Shown here: piece after piece, positions 12,252-21,935 of the stretch
Layout: the number at the start of each line of letters is the position of its first letter
How positions within the stretch are numbered: position 1 is the first letter of the stretch
Assembly: GCA_030167865.1 (NCBI GenBank)
Contig: JALAGF010005541.1
Span: forward strand, 1-43,041
Reading direction: 5' to 3'
Source: Craspedostauros australis
Lineage: Eukaryota
DNA: 43,041 nt
The notes under the pieces: generated by a model
The model's input: the letters and a program-made list of their open reading frames with translations, nothing else
Databases searched by the model: none
What the model was told of the DNA's origin: nothing
Position numbers and translations under genes: made by a program

Positions 12252-13373
12252 ATGAAGAGTCGATTGTTGATGGTGGCAAAGATCCATCAGCTGCTGCTGT
12301 TGCTCACGGTCGTTGCGCCCATCTACATCTCAACATGCGGCTTGGTGCCAATGCATGCAGTGGCAGCAACATCAACAACACCGCAACACAGACACGATGA
12401 AGCATCGGCAACACCTAACATACATGCGGTGGTCGTATCATCGTCGCGGTATTGGTTCAACTATCGTCACGCCAACAACGCTCTGGCCATCGTGGATCTG
12501 CTGCGAAACAACGGCGTCCCTCATGACCACATCACTCTCATGATGGCTGACGAATTCCCCACCAACCCACGCAACAAGTACAAGAACGGCATGTACGTCC
12601 ATGGTGCCGATGCTGAATCGACATTGTACAATGCAACGACCTTCGTCCATTATCGTGGCGCGGATGTCACCGTCCAGAACTTTCTCAACGTTCTGCTCGG
12701 CATCGAAGAAGGACAGTCCAGCACTACCACCGCAACTCCCAACAGCAGCGGCGACAGAAGCAACGTCCTACGTTCCAACTCGCAAAGCAACGTCCTCGTC
12801 TATGTCACAGGTCACGGCGGCGATCAATTCTTCAAATTCCAAGATGAGGAGGAAATCACGTCGCTGGACTTCAAACGAGCCTTCGATCAGATGCACCAAC
12901 GCGGCCGTTATCGAAACCTGCTCTTCGTGGCCGACACGTGTCAGGCATTCACGTTAGCCGATCACATCGACACGCCCAACGTCATCACGATCGGTTCCTC
13001 GTTGCGTGATGAGAATGCGTATGCCCATCATTCCGATTCGAACCTGGGACTCAGCGTCATCGAACGGTACACGTACGGATTCACGCAGCAGTACAAGAAG
13101 AGGCATCACGGCACCAACGACGATGCGACGGTGGAGGATGTGATGCTGCGACCGTTCGGTTGGTCCGCGGATCCATCACGATGCAGCCGATCGAGGTTGG
13201 GTGCGCACATCGGTGTGAAGCAAGAGTTTAGCGAACGCAAGGTCGATACGTTGCGATTCGCGGATTTCTTTGGGAGCAATGATGACACGTCCATCGAAGC
13301 GGACCGAGGCAGCGACTTCCACATGCAATGGATATCTGCTGCGAATGATGCGTCGGTGCAAATAGCAAGGTGA
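12252..13373 (+). CDS. GPI8: GPI-anchor transamidase catalytic subunit (peptidase C13, GPI8/PIG-K)
   Basis: Motifs SSSRYWFNYRHANNAL, YRGADVTVQNFL, catalytic His in YVTGHGGDQFFKFQD and catalytic Cys in FVADTCQA. A hydrophobic signal-like segment follows ATG 12252. The start could instead be 12237; the ORF-track start at 11862 is probably untranslated. Confidence 0.93.
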   Translation: MKSRLLMVAKIHQLLLLLTVVAPIYISTCGLVPMHAVAATSTTPQHRHDEASATPNIHAVVVSSSRYWFNYRHANNALAIVDLLRNNGVPHDHITLMMADEFPTNPRNKYKNGMYVHGADAESTLYNATTFVHYRGADVTVQNFLNVLLGIEEGQSSTTTATPNSSGDRSNVLRSNSQSNVLVYVTGHGGDQFFKFQDEEEITSLDFKRAFDQMHQRGRYRNLLFVADTCQAFTLADHIDTPNVITIGSSLRDENAYAHHSDSNLGLSVIERYTYGFTQQYKKRHHGTNDDATVEDVMLRPFGWSADPSRCSRSRLGAHIGVKQEFSERKVDTLRFADFFGSNDDTSIEADRGSDFHMQWISAANDASVQIAR

Positions 13374-14392
13374 TAACGGCTGGTACATGATGGCTGGGAA
13401 TGGCTCACAATGATGCGGAGCAGCGTAAACGATGAGAATGATACTCCGCTCTATGTCATCCTTGTAGTCGCAAAGAGCAACTTTTGCGTTGTTGGTTCAT
13501 TGCCGGGCAATTTACAGTATCCGTTGGAGTGTTGCGTTGTCGATGGAAGACGTTCAAGTAGAGTACACGTATAGTAAAGTAAAGTACGACCTCTAGAGTA
13601 GAGTATCTGGTGCGATCCCGTTCAGCTCGCCTCTGTGGTTTGGTCCTGGGTCCTGTTGCTGGTTGTTTGAAGATCTCAACGGTTAATGGCTCCTTTGGTT
13701 TGCGAAATCAAATGTTCGGCAAATGCGAGTGTTTTGCGACATCCGCTGGTTAGCGCTTTCCGTTTCGCCGCTCGCACATAATCTCAACCGGTTCACACAT
13801 CTCACGAACTGGCGAACATCTTCTATTGCACCAGCGAGCGGAACGATATGCCAATTGGCGCTAACCAGTACGAAGAGACGTACAGAGAGAAACAACGCAC
13901 ACTTCCATCGAGCCAAACCAAGAATTGTGACCACGACAGCAATCGAAGCACGCAGAGCAGGAGGCATGGTACTTAGCTCGTACATGCACGAGTGCAAGGA
14001 TAATAGTTGGACGGTCATCGGCAGTCACCGACCCCCGCTTGAATTTGGCGAGTTGTTTCCTCCAGCCATCACATCACATCACATCATATCACATCCGCAT
14101 CAACCGAGGTTTGTTCACCGATTCGAAGGGGCGATGACACCACAGTGTCTCTCGCACAAACAATGCCGCGGTTGCCGTTGTGGTTCTTCTCACTATTTCG
14201 ACAGGCCCACAATCCAACCGGCCAATCAGCCAACAAGGCAAGCATAAAAACAAGCAACAAAACAGCGAGAGTACCAACCGCAACCAAGTGCACCATTCCA
14301 TCGCTCTGTCATCCCCAAGAGATCTTTTGTTGCAGGACCTTCCATCTCACGCGAGCGGAGGACAAGACGAAAGAGGCACATCGCGAAACCTA

Positions 14393-14692
14393 TACCATAC
14401 CCTACCATACCCTACCATACCCTACCATACCCTACCATACCCTACCATACCATACCCTACCATACCCTACCATACCCTACCATACCCTACCATACCCTAC
14501 CATACCATACCATACCATACCATACCATACCATACCATACCATACCATACCATACCATACCATACCGTACCGTACCATACCATACCATACCGTACCGTAC
14601 CATACCATACCATACCATACCATACCGTACCGTACCATACCATACCATACCATACCGTACCGTACCATACCATACCATACCATACCATACCA
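14393..14692. repeat. 300-bp compound pentanucleotide microsatellite (ACCAT/ACCCT/ACCGT)n
   Basis: Directly visible array of about 60 units, ending 17 nt before the ATG at 14710. Confidence 0.97.
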
Positions 14693-14709
14693 CAAGTACA
14701 ACACCAACA

Positions 14710-17700
14710 ATGATCAAATTCAATTCAGTCATCGCTGCGACCCTTGTCCTCTTCGCCTCCTTTGCGACGACCGAAGCCAAACTGGGCGAAGGAAAGCGCA
14801 TCCAGCCCATGGATCCAACAGAGTCGTATGACACGATGCAAGGCACCCGTGCACTCAAGACGGCAGTCTTCGGCAATCTCAATCCCGATCCCGCTCCCAC
14901 TCCAGGCAGTGGTGGCGGAAAGACATCAAAGACGACCATCCCACCGATCGCCATCCCACCGATCGTCATCACAAAGGCACCCAAGACTGCCATCTTCAAC
15001 CCGCCTCCTTTGCCCACGGCCATGCCGACCCAAATGCCCACACATATACCCACACATATGCCTACCAGCCCTCCCACGCACACCGCGTCATCTTCTCCCA
15101 CCTCCCCGCCGACTTCCAACCCATCCGCCGCTCCGTTCGACTTTGATTCGTTAATATTCGTCATGTGCAGATCAGACGGTGCCACTGTCCTCACTCCCGA
15201 TGAAAGCCGCATCAAACTCATCATGTGTGATGCCACCAAGGAATCATGCCGCACAGCCGTGACCGCCGTCAGGAGATCTGCCGACCTGCAGAACTACTTC
15301 GCATGCGCAGGCAATCTGGGAGAAGGAGCGGCACGCAAGCTCTTCAACAGATACGCCATGAACGTAGAGCTCGCTGATCAACTCACGCTGTTGGCCGATG
15401 TCGGAACGGCCCTCATTACAGAACGGCCGGACCAAATCAAGGAAGCGTGCAGAGCCATCGGGATGACGCAGACACCGCCTATCCTCGATACATGCTGCCA
15501 AGGAACATCAGGATGCACCCTGGCCGCCCTCTCCTCTCCATCGCAGCCATCTCAGCCATTCATGACCGTGGCTCTCACCGCATGCACTGGCGACAACGCA
15601 TGCAAGGACATGGGACCCAATCCCCTCATCCTTGAGTCTTCGTGCACTGGCGTGAGTGCTTGCGAGTCCATGAACCAGAACGATGCCGATCCCGTCATCA
15701 CAGGAGTCACCTTCATTGGCGAAATAGCGTGCACCAGCTCGCGCTCTTGCGAAGGAGTGGGATATCGCTCATACGGAGATGTGGTCGTCCAGAATGGCGC
15801 ATGCTTGGGGTCGAACGCGTGCAACTCTGCGGGCCGCCGCATAGCACAAGGACCGTCCCCCATTCGCATCCAAAGTCACATCAATATCGGTCCGAATGCC
15901 TGCGTTGGTGCCGGCGCCTGCAAGGATGCTCATTCGACCATCAACCGTGTCTTCGGAGGCAAGAACACAGGAAGCCTGATAATCGGCGAGCGTGGGTGTG
16001 CTCGTCGCGGATCATGCGAGGAGCTGGGCTTCAGCAACACGATGAGGACGGATATTGTCGTACCTGCTGGTGGATGCTCGAGTGTCGACAGCTGCGCTGG
16101 ATGCATGACACAGTCAGAATGTAGCTTCGATGCGGTGTATCTCATCGCGAACGCAGACATAGCTGGAGCGTGTCCGAAGCGAAGCGACGGCAGTCCAACA
16201 GGCGAGAGGGTGGATGATTTTTGCGTGGGCAAGGCTACGCTTCCAACAGATTGTCCCACATTCTCTCCGACTCCTTTCCCCACACCCCTTGCATCATCCA
16301 ATCCAAGCCAGGTTCCGTCCGAGGTCCCGTCTCAAGGTCCAAGTTCGTTGCCTTCCGAAGCGCCCTCTCAGGATCCGTCGAGCCTTCCATCTGCAATGCC
16401 GTCCAGTCTACCGTCGGATCTACCATCGGAGTCACCGACTGACGTTCCATCGGATCTTCCGTCGAAGATGCCGTCTGAGGTCCCGTCCGAGATGCCGTCG
16501 GATCTACCATCTGCTCTACCGTCCAGTGGGCCATCGGACCTCCCATCTGAGATACCATCAGACTTACCGTCGGATCTGCCGTCCGAGATGCCGTCAGACC
16601 TACCATCAAGTCTGCCCTCTGATCAACCGTCACACCTGCCGTCCGAGATGCCATCGAGTCTACCGTCAGACCTACCATCGGACCTGCCGTCCGAGATGCC
16701 GTCCAGTCTACCGTCTGATCTTCCCTCTGATCTGCCTTCCAGTCTGCCATCCGGTTTACCGTCAGAACTGCCATCTAGTCTGCCGTCTGAGCTACCATCT
16801 GGTCTTCCGTCCGATCTGCCCTCGGATCTACCATCGAGACTGCCGTCTGAGCTCCCGTCCAGTCTTCCATCCGGTTTACCGTCAGAACTTCCGTCGAGTC
16901 TACCGTCGGATCTACCATCGAGCCTGCCATCTAGTCTGCCATCAAGTCTGCCGTCTGGATCACCATCAGAGATGCCCTCGGATCTACCATCGGGCCTGCC
17001 GTCTGAGCTACCATCGGATCTGCCATCCGGTTTACCATCAGACCTGCCGTCGAGTCTGCCATCAGACCTACCCTCTGATCTGCCGTCCAGTTTGCCATCC
17101 GGTTTACCGTCAGAACTGCCGTCGAGTCTGCCGTCGGATTTGCCGTCCGAGGTTCCATCAGCGTTGCCGTCCGAGATTCCGTCAGACTTACCTTCAACTC
17201 TCCCATCAAGTCTGCCGTCGGACTTGCCATCCAGTCTGCCGTCCAAGATGCCATCTAGTCTGCCGTCGGAGCTTCCATCCAAACTGCCTTCAGATATTCC
17301 ATCCGGAATGCCGTCAGTCCTGCCGTCGGAGCTTCCATCGAGTCTGCCCTCGGACCTCCCATCTGAGATACCTTCGGACTCGCCGTCAAGCCTGCCATCC
17401 GAGCTGCCGTCAAGTCTGCCTTCAGATTTACCTTCCGGCCTTCCGTCGGAGTCCCCATCAGATCTACCGTCCGGGATGCCATCCACCTTGCCTTCTGACC
17501 TGCCCTCCGATCTGCCGTCTAGTCTGCCGTCGGAGCTCCCGTCGGGTCTGCCGTCGGATGTGCCCTCACTTCTACCGTCAGAGGCCCCGTCCGAGAGGCC
17601 GTCAGCGTTGCCATCAGCGCTGCCGTCAGATCTGCCGTCAGAATTTCCATCTGACCTTCCGTCGGGATTTCCATCGAGCTTACCTTCGACCTTTCCGTCC

Positions 17701-18963
17701 GAGACGCCTTCTGAATTGCCGTCAGGATCTCCCTCCAATGTTCCGTCAGATATCCCATCTGATTTACCGTCGGGGACGCCGTCGGATGCACCATCAAGCC
17801 TCCCGTCGTCAGAGGTGCCATCTGATATACCATCTGATATGCCCTCTGTTTTACCATCTGACAAGCCGTCTGATGCTCCCAGTTCCGTTCCCACAGACAC
17901 ATCGAAGCCAACTGTGACCCCGGCATCCTTCCAAGTTGGATGCCTCGTGACGCCGGGTGACGACATGTCGACGTTTCATATGATCTCTGGTGAGGTATTT
18001 TGTGATGATGCAACAGGGACCTGCGCGGATTTTGTCGCGACAGTCGACAGTCTCAGTGACAAGGGCAAGATGATCAAGAGCATTTTCGGATGCAATGAGA
18101 ATGCAACACCTGGCATTGTGTCATTGGAGGTTGCGCAGAAACGCTTCGACAAGATCAAGAATGATTCGAGCGTGACGGAAGCGCTGTTGACGGCAGTGAT
18201 GGCAGGCACGAGGTTCTTCACTGGGAGTGGACCTGCTGTGACGACCGCATGCGGCACTGATTGCTGCACAGGTGGTACTAGTTGCACCACAAATCCTTCC
18301 TCTGGTGTGATGACTGTGACTGATGGATCGTGCACGGCTAGTTCCTCCTGCACGACTGTATTCCCTGACACCATCATCATCACGAGCTGCACGGGAAGGT
18401 ACTCATGTGACGCTCTCGGTAGCTTTTTCGTTTCCCCACCGAACCCCAATGCAGAGGTTGGTTACAGAGTCATTGGACCAGATGCCTGCCATGGTCTAAC
18501 CAGCTGCATCAAAGTCGGACGGAATATCTTTGGCAATATCAGAATTGAGCAAGGAGGATGCGGCAACGCAGATTCCTGCCCCTTCATGGCTTCCCGTCAA
18601 AACCAAGGTAGCATCACTACATCGCCCGTTGTGGCGAATGTCTTCATCGGAGAGAATGCATGCCAAGGTGAATTGAGTTGCAATTTCCTGCATGGGTCAA
18701 GCGGCAAGACTGCAGGAAGCTTGACCATCGAAAGGGATGCATGCAATGGTGAACGCGCGTGTAATGCCATGGCCGCCTTTAATTCGGTTGCAATGAACGA
18801 CCTCGTCGTGAAATCGGGAGCTTGTGATCTGAGCAAAGGCGACGCATGCGCCCAGTGTGTAGCGGTAGACATGTGTGGCGGAGATCTTACACTCACATAC
18901 ACCGTCAGCAACGCAGCCGAAGATTGCCCCGGACCGAACGCAGCTGCCTGCAGCGTTGCTTGA
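14710..18963 (+). CDS. Large secreted mucin-like protein: signal peptide, Pro/Thr region, Cys-rich domain, PSxx repeat stalk, second Cys-rich domain (1417 aa)
   Basis: Uninterrupted ORF with signal peptide MIKFNSVIAATLVLFASFATTEA, repeated [AGS]CxxxxxC units, and a long PSDL/PSSL/PSEM/PSGL tract. No TM or GPI-type tail is visible. A cell-surface, adhesive or wall function is inference. Confidence 0.88.
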   Translation: MIKFNSVIAATLVLFASFATTEAKLGEGKRIQPMDPTESYDTMQGTRALKTAVFGNLNPDPAPTPGSGGGKTSKTTIPPIAIPPIVITKAPKTAIFNPPPLPTAMPTQMPTHIPTHMPTSPPTHTASSSPTSPPTSNPSAAPFDFDSLIFVMCRSDGATVLTPDESRIKLIMCDATKESCRTAVTAVRRSADLQNYFACAGNLGEGAARKLFNRYAMNVELADQLTLLADVGTALITERPDQIKEACRAIGMTQTPPILDTCCQGTSGCTLAALSSPSQPSQPFMTVALTACTGDNACKDMGPNPLILESSCTGVSACESMNQNDADPVITGVTFIGEIACTSSRSCEGVGYRSYGDVVVQNGACLGSNACNSAGRRIAQGPSPIRIQSHINIGPNACVGAGACKDAHSTINRVFGGKNTGSLIIGERGCARRGSCEELGFSNTMRTDIVVPAGGCSSVDSCAGCMTQSECSFDAVYLIANADIAGACPKRSDGSPTGERVDDFCVGKATLPTDCPTFSPTPFPTPLASSNPSQVPSEVPSQGPSSLPSEAPSQDPSSLPSAMPSSLPSDLPSESPTDVPSDLPSKMPSEVPSEMPSDLPSALPSSGPSDLPSEIPSDLPSDLPSEMPSDLPSSLPSDQPSHLPSEMPSSLPSDLPSDLPSEMPSSLPSDLPSDLPSSLPSGLPSELPSSLPSELPSGLPSDLPSDLPSRLPSELPSSLPSGLPSELPSSLPSDLPSSLPSSLPSSLPSGSPSEMPSDLPSGLPSELPSDLPSGLPSDLPSSLPSDLPSDLPSSLPSGLPSELPSSLPSDLPSEVPSALPSEIPSDLPSTLPSSLPSDLPSSLPSKMPSSLPSELPSKLPSDIPSGMPSVLPSELPSSLPSDLPSEIPSDSPSSLPSELPSSLPSDLPSGLPSESPSDLPSGMPSTLPSDLPSDLPSSLPSELPSGLPSDVPSLLPSEAPSERPSALPSALPSDLPSEFPSDLPSGFPSSLPSTFPSETPSELPSGSPSNVPSDIPSDLPSGTPSDAPSSLPSSEVPSDIPSDMPSVLPSDKPSDAPSSVPTDTSKPTVTPASFQVGCLVTPGDDMSTFHMISGEVFCDDATGTCADFVATVDSLSDKGKMIKSIFGCNENATPGIVSLEVAQKRFDKIKNDSSVTEALLTAVMAGTRFFTGSGPAVTTACGTDCCTGGTSCTTNPSSGVMTVTDGSCTASSSCTTVFPDTIIITSCTGRYSCDALGSFFVSPPNPNAEVGYRVIGPDACHGLTSCIKVGRNIFGNIRIEQGGCGNADSCPFMASRQNQGSITTSPVVANVFIGENACQGELSCNFLHGSSGKTAGSLTIERDACNGERACNAMAAFNSVAMNDLVVKSGACDLSKGDACAQCVAVDMCGGDLTLTYTVSNAAEDCPGPNAAACSVA
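16303..17890 (+). repeat. Coding 12-bp tandem repeat encoding about 130 PSxx tetrapeptides
   Basis: Period-12 degenerate repeat CCN-TCN-NNN-NNN with heavily varied synonymous positions. Confidence 0.95.
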
Positions 18964-19694
18964 GAGTGATGATGACAGGACGCACCCAGAGGACTCTACT
19001 TCATAATGCAATATAGTCCCAACGGTGATACAATTGATACCAATGGCATTATTGAGAACAGAGTTGTCTTGACGCACAGCATTGTCCTGCAGACCATTCA
19101 TAGCGCCAATTCTTAGGACGCTGGTTTGGTCGTTGCGTATCGACATGTATTCCATGAATCTGTGGTCTTGATCATGCGCCTTTGGCCTGGCGTGGACCGA
19201 AACATCATCTGATTGAAGGAGTATGGACTTGTAGCGTTCTCATGGATTGATCCAATACATGTTTTGCATGCGCCTCTTGATTTGTTGTTCATGCTACGAC
19301 GTGACTGTCATGTTCTGTTTCGTTCTGGTTCTTTGTGGAACGAGTTGACACGACCAACGAACCCGAAATCACGATCAAAGCGGCTAAGTCGGAACAGCGA
19401 AATAAAAACACGACGGCGGAAGGCGGAAGTGCCTCCATCCTTCCACTTCCACTTCCGCCAACACAAACACGAGCAGCACAAACACATCCAACTTCTCTGG
19501 ACTTCCTGCTTCGGCGTTGCAACACAAGCATTATAACAATATAATACTGTACTATCCAGCGCATTGAATACAGGGAGGTCGTCGCCGACTGACGGTAATC
19601 AGCTGCACCCAACCAAAGCACGTTGGCCTCGTTGCGGCAAACTGTTTGTGCACAACAGCATTTCCCTCTCATCATCACCGCGTCAAACTTCAGA

Positions 19695-21098
19695 ATGAGG
19701 AATTCATCTTCGCTTCTGCTGTCTTGCGTCCTGCTGCTGCTGCTGTTGTCGAGTTTGACGGCGGTCGCTGCGTCTCAGGATACCAGCACGTGGTACCGCC
19801 AGGTCTGTCACACGGACGGCAAGGTGTACCGCATGGAGGAGGTGGATGGCGAGAGAGTCATCACGCGCGAAGACGACGACGACGACCGTGACACCAGATC
19901 ACGCAGACAAGGACAGCAGGACCCAAGGAATAATGACGGTCCACGCGGTCAAAAGCGGATGTTGAGACCCTCGCAAGACGGTGGCATCGATGGCATGGAT
20001 GTCAGCAGCAGGTTGGAAACGCCTCCACTGCTCTTCTCTACCTTCACTGGGCGTGGACTTCAGGAGGTACCAGTTGACAACAGCGAGATGGACGGAACCG
20101 TGAAGATCAGGTCGGCGCCGATGTACTTGGAACGATGCGACTGCGTCAATATCGGCAGGCGGCCCACGGTCAGCCGCGGCGTCTACTGTCCCAAATCCAC
20201 CTTCGGCGATTCCGAAATTCTGTGCGGCATCCCGTCCGATTTCAACGAGCCCGTGGATTGCTACGACTATTCCATGCAACGCATCGTGGCGCGCAATTCG
20301 TGGCCGCTGGTCGTGCTGTGGTTCGTGGGTCTCGTTCTCATTTGCACCTGCACGATGCACGGCCGCAGTTCGTTGGGATACCTGCATCAGATCTGCCCCT
20401 TCCTGTGCTGCCAAACACGCGAGCAGCAGCAAGCGCGCATGGAGGCGACGTTGGATCGGTTGCAGCAGCAGGTCAACGAACGACGCCGCGATGGCACGGC
20501 GCCCACGATACCGGGTCGATGGAACGTGCCCATGTGGCAGCGTGCGCAGTTGGACATGGTCGTCGGCACGTTGTCGCGGCGTATGCCGCTTGTGGGCCGA
20601 CCTGGGGTATGGGGCACCATCCTCAATCAAGTCACCAGCAACGATGACGATGTGCCGGATCACGCCAAACCACGGCTCATGCTCAAGACCAAAGTCTACC
20701 ACAGCTCCAAGGCGCGAAGGAATGGCAGCTCCGGTGAACCATCTGACCAGGAAGATGGCGTGGCAAGCAACATGCCCGATCATGGTGCCTGCATTGCAAC
20801 CAATCCCACCAGCGACACCACGTCCAGCGAAGAACAAGCTCATAGCGACATGGAAAATGTCGACACGACCATCGGACAGACGTCACCAGCCATCGACGAC
20901 GACGACGACGAATCTCCAACATGCGCCATCTGCTTCTTGCCTCTCGAGGATGGTGATCGGGTTGGCGATCTCACATGTGGTCATGATTTCCATGTCGATT
21001 GCCTCAAGACGTGGCTGCCGCGACGCAACACGTGTCCGTTGTGTCAGGCACGGCACGTTGCGCAGTATCATCGGTCGTCGCAGCAGCAGTTAGACTGA
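19695..21098 (+). CDS. Type I membrane RING-H2 E3 ubiquitin ligase (about 467 aa)
   Basis: Signal peptide MRNSSSLLLSCVLLLLLLSSLTAVAA, Cys-containing ectodomain, TM WPLVVLWFVGLVLICTC and C-terminal C3H2C3 motif CAIC...CGHDFHVDC..W...TCPLC. Confidence 0.9.
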   Translation: MRNSSSLLLSCVLLLLLLSSLTAVAASQDTSTWYRQVCHTDGKVYRMEEVDGERVITREDDDDDRDTRSRRQGQQDPRNNDGPRGQKRMLRPSQDGGIDGMDVSSRLETPPLLFSTFTGRGLQEVPVDNSEMDGTVKIRSAPMYLERCDCVNIGRRPTVSRGVYCPKSTFGDSEILCGIPSDFNEPVDCYDYSMQRIVARNSWPLVVLWFVGLVLICTCTMHGRSSLGYLHQICPFLCCQTREQQQARMEATLDRLQQQVNERRRDGTAPTIPGRWNVPMWQRAQLDMVVGTLSRRMPLVGRPGVWGTILNQVTSNDDDVPDHAKPRLMLKTKVYHSSKARRNGSSGEPSDQEDGVASNMPDHGACIATNPTSDTTSSEEQAHSDMENVDTTIGQTSPAIDDDDDESPTCAICFLPLEDGDRVGDLTCGHDFHVDCLKTWLPRRNTCPLCQARHVAQYHRSSQQQLD

Positions 21099-21430
21099 GT
21101 GGAAGATGATACAATAATAGATTCGAGTAAAGTATGTGTCGCAAGCACAGATAGAGTATTTTGGATGATTGCACTCTGCGTTCTCCGTTACCACACCTGC
21201 TCGTTTGCATTGCACGGTGCAATTGGAAGGCGGAACTTGCGAGAAGTGTAGATGAGTGGAGTCTGTACCGATATTCTATTGCGCCAGGTAGTCGTTGCCA
21301 CTGGCTATTTCTAACTTGCTAGAGAATTCCCGCAAGCAGTTGCTTCCCAATTTCAAGCAGTGATGCGACATGGGTTTGGTTGGTTTCGAAATCGGAAAGA
21401 TCTGAATATCCCAGTTTCGAGAGCCCATCT

Positions 21431-21475
21431 GAAATCGGATTCCGATTTCGTTTTTGGGGGCGACCCCCATAAAAA
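21431..21475. other. Two adjacent inverted repeats (possible regulatory element)
   Basis: GAAATCGGA-T-TCCGATTTC (21431-21449) is followed by TGGGGG-CGA-CCCCCA flanked by T and A runs (21451-21475). The structure is seen directly; its function is unknown. Confidence 0.55.
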
Positions 21476-21935
21476 TTTCTCTATCTGGTTATGATTCCTC
21501 CGCGGGGCGAAGAAAATTCTCATCGTTCACAAGTACGCGAGTAGACAGAACGAGAGATGAATCGTAGACTATCGATGCAAACAGCTTTGATTGGCTGTAT
21601 TTGATTCGTGGAAAAGTGACCAACCATGCACAACCAAGCAAAATGCCACAATCAAATTCGGACGGAGGCAGACGAAGAACCCAAACAGGAACCCAAACAC
21701 GACCGCTTTGCCAGCTTCTGCGGTGGCAGTGTCGCTGCTGTTGTTGTGGTGTGCAGCGAAGGTTGGCGCCACACTGCACGACGACAGCAATCCCAAGGAT
21801 CCAAAACGAACAGCACCGTCGACCTCCTTTGTGACAAGCGAAGCCTCAAGCAATCAACCACTCTGTTGTTGTACTCCATACTTGAACACACCAAGAGCAA
21901 CAACAAGCACAACAACAAGCTTAGCAACAGCCACC

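Noticed and set aside
13371..13376. TGA read-through or selenocysteine at the GPI8 stop
   Set aside because: TGA is immediately followed by an in-frame TAA.
14393..14692. Possible telomeric array or CRISPR-like array
   Set aside because: It is an internal 5-bp unit with no unique spacers and is not a TTAGGG-type repeat; no cas genes are present and the context is eukaryotic.
14145..15254. ORFs encoding YHTIP / WYGMV pentapeptide repeats
   Set aside because: These are translations of the ACCAT microsatellite with no independent coding signal.
16214..17966. Long alternative-frame and antisense ORFs (567 aa plus, 447 aa minus with DGxx repeats)
   Set aside because: They are shadows of the PSxx coding repeat, which lacks stops in other frames.
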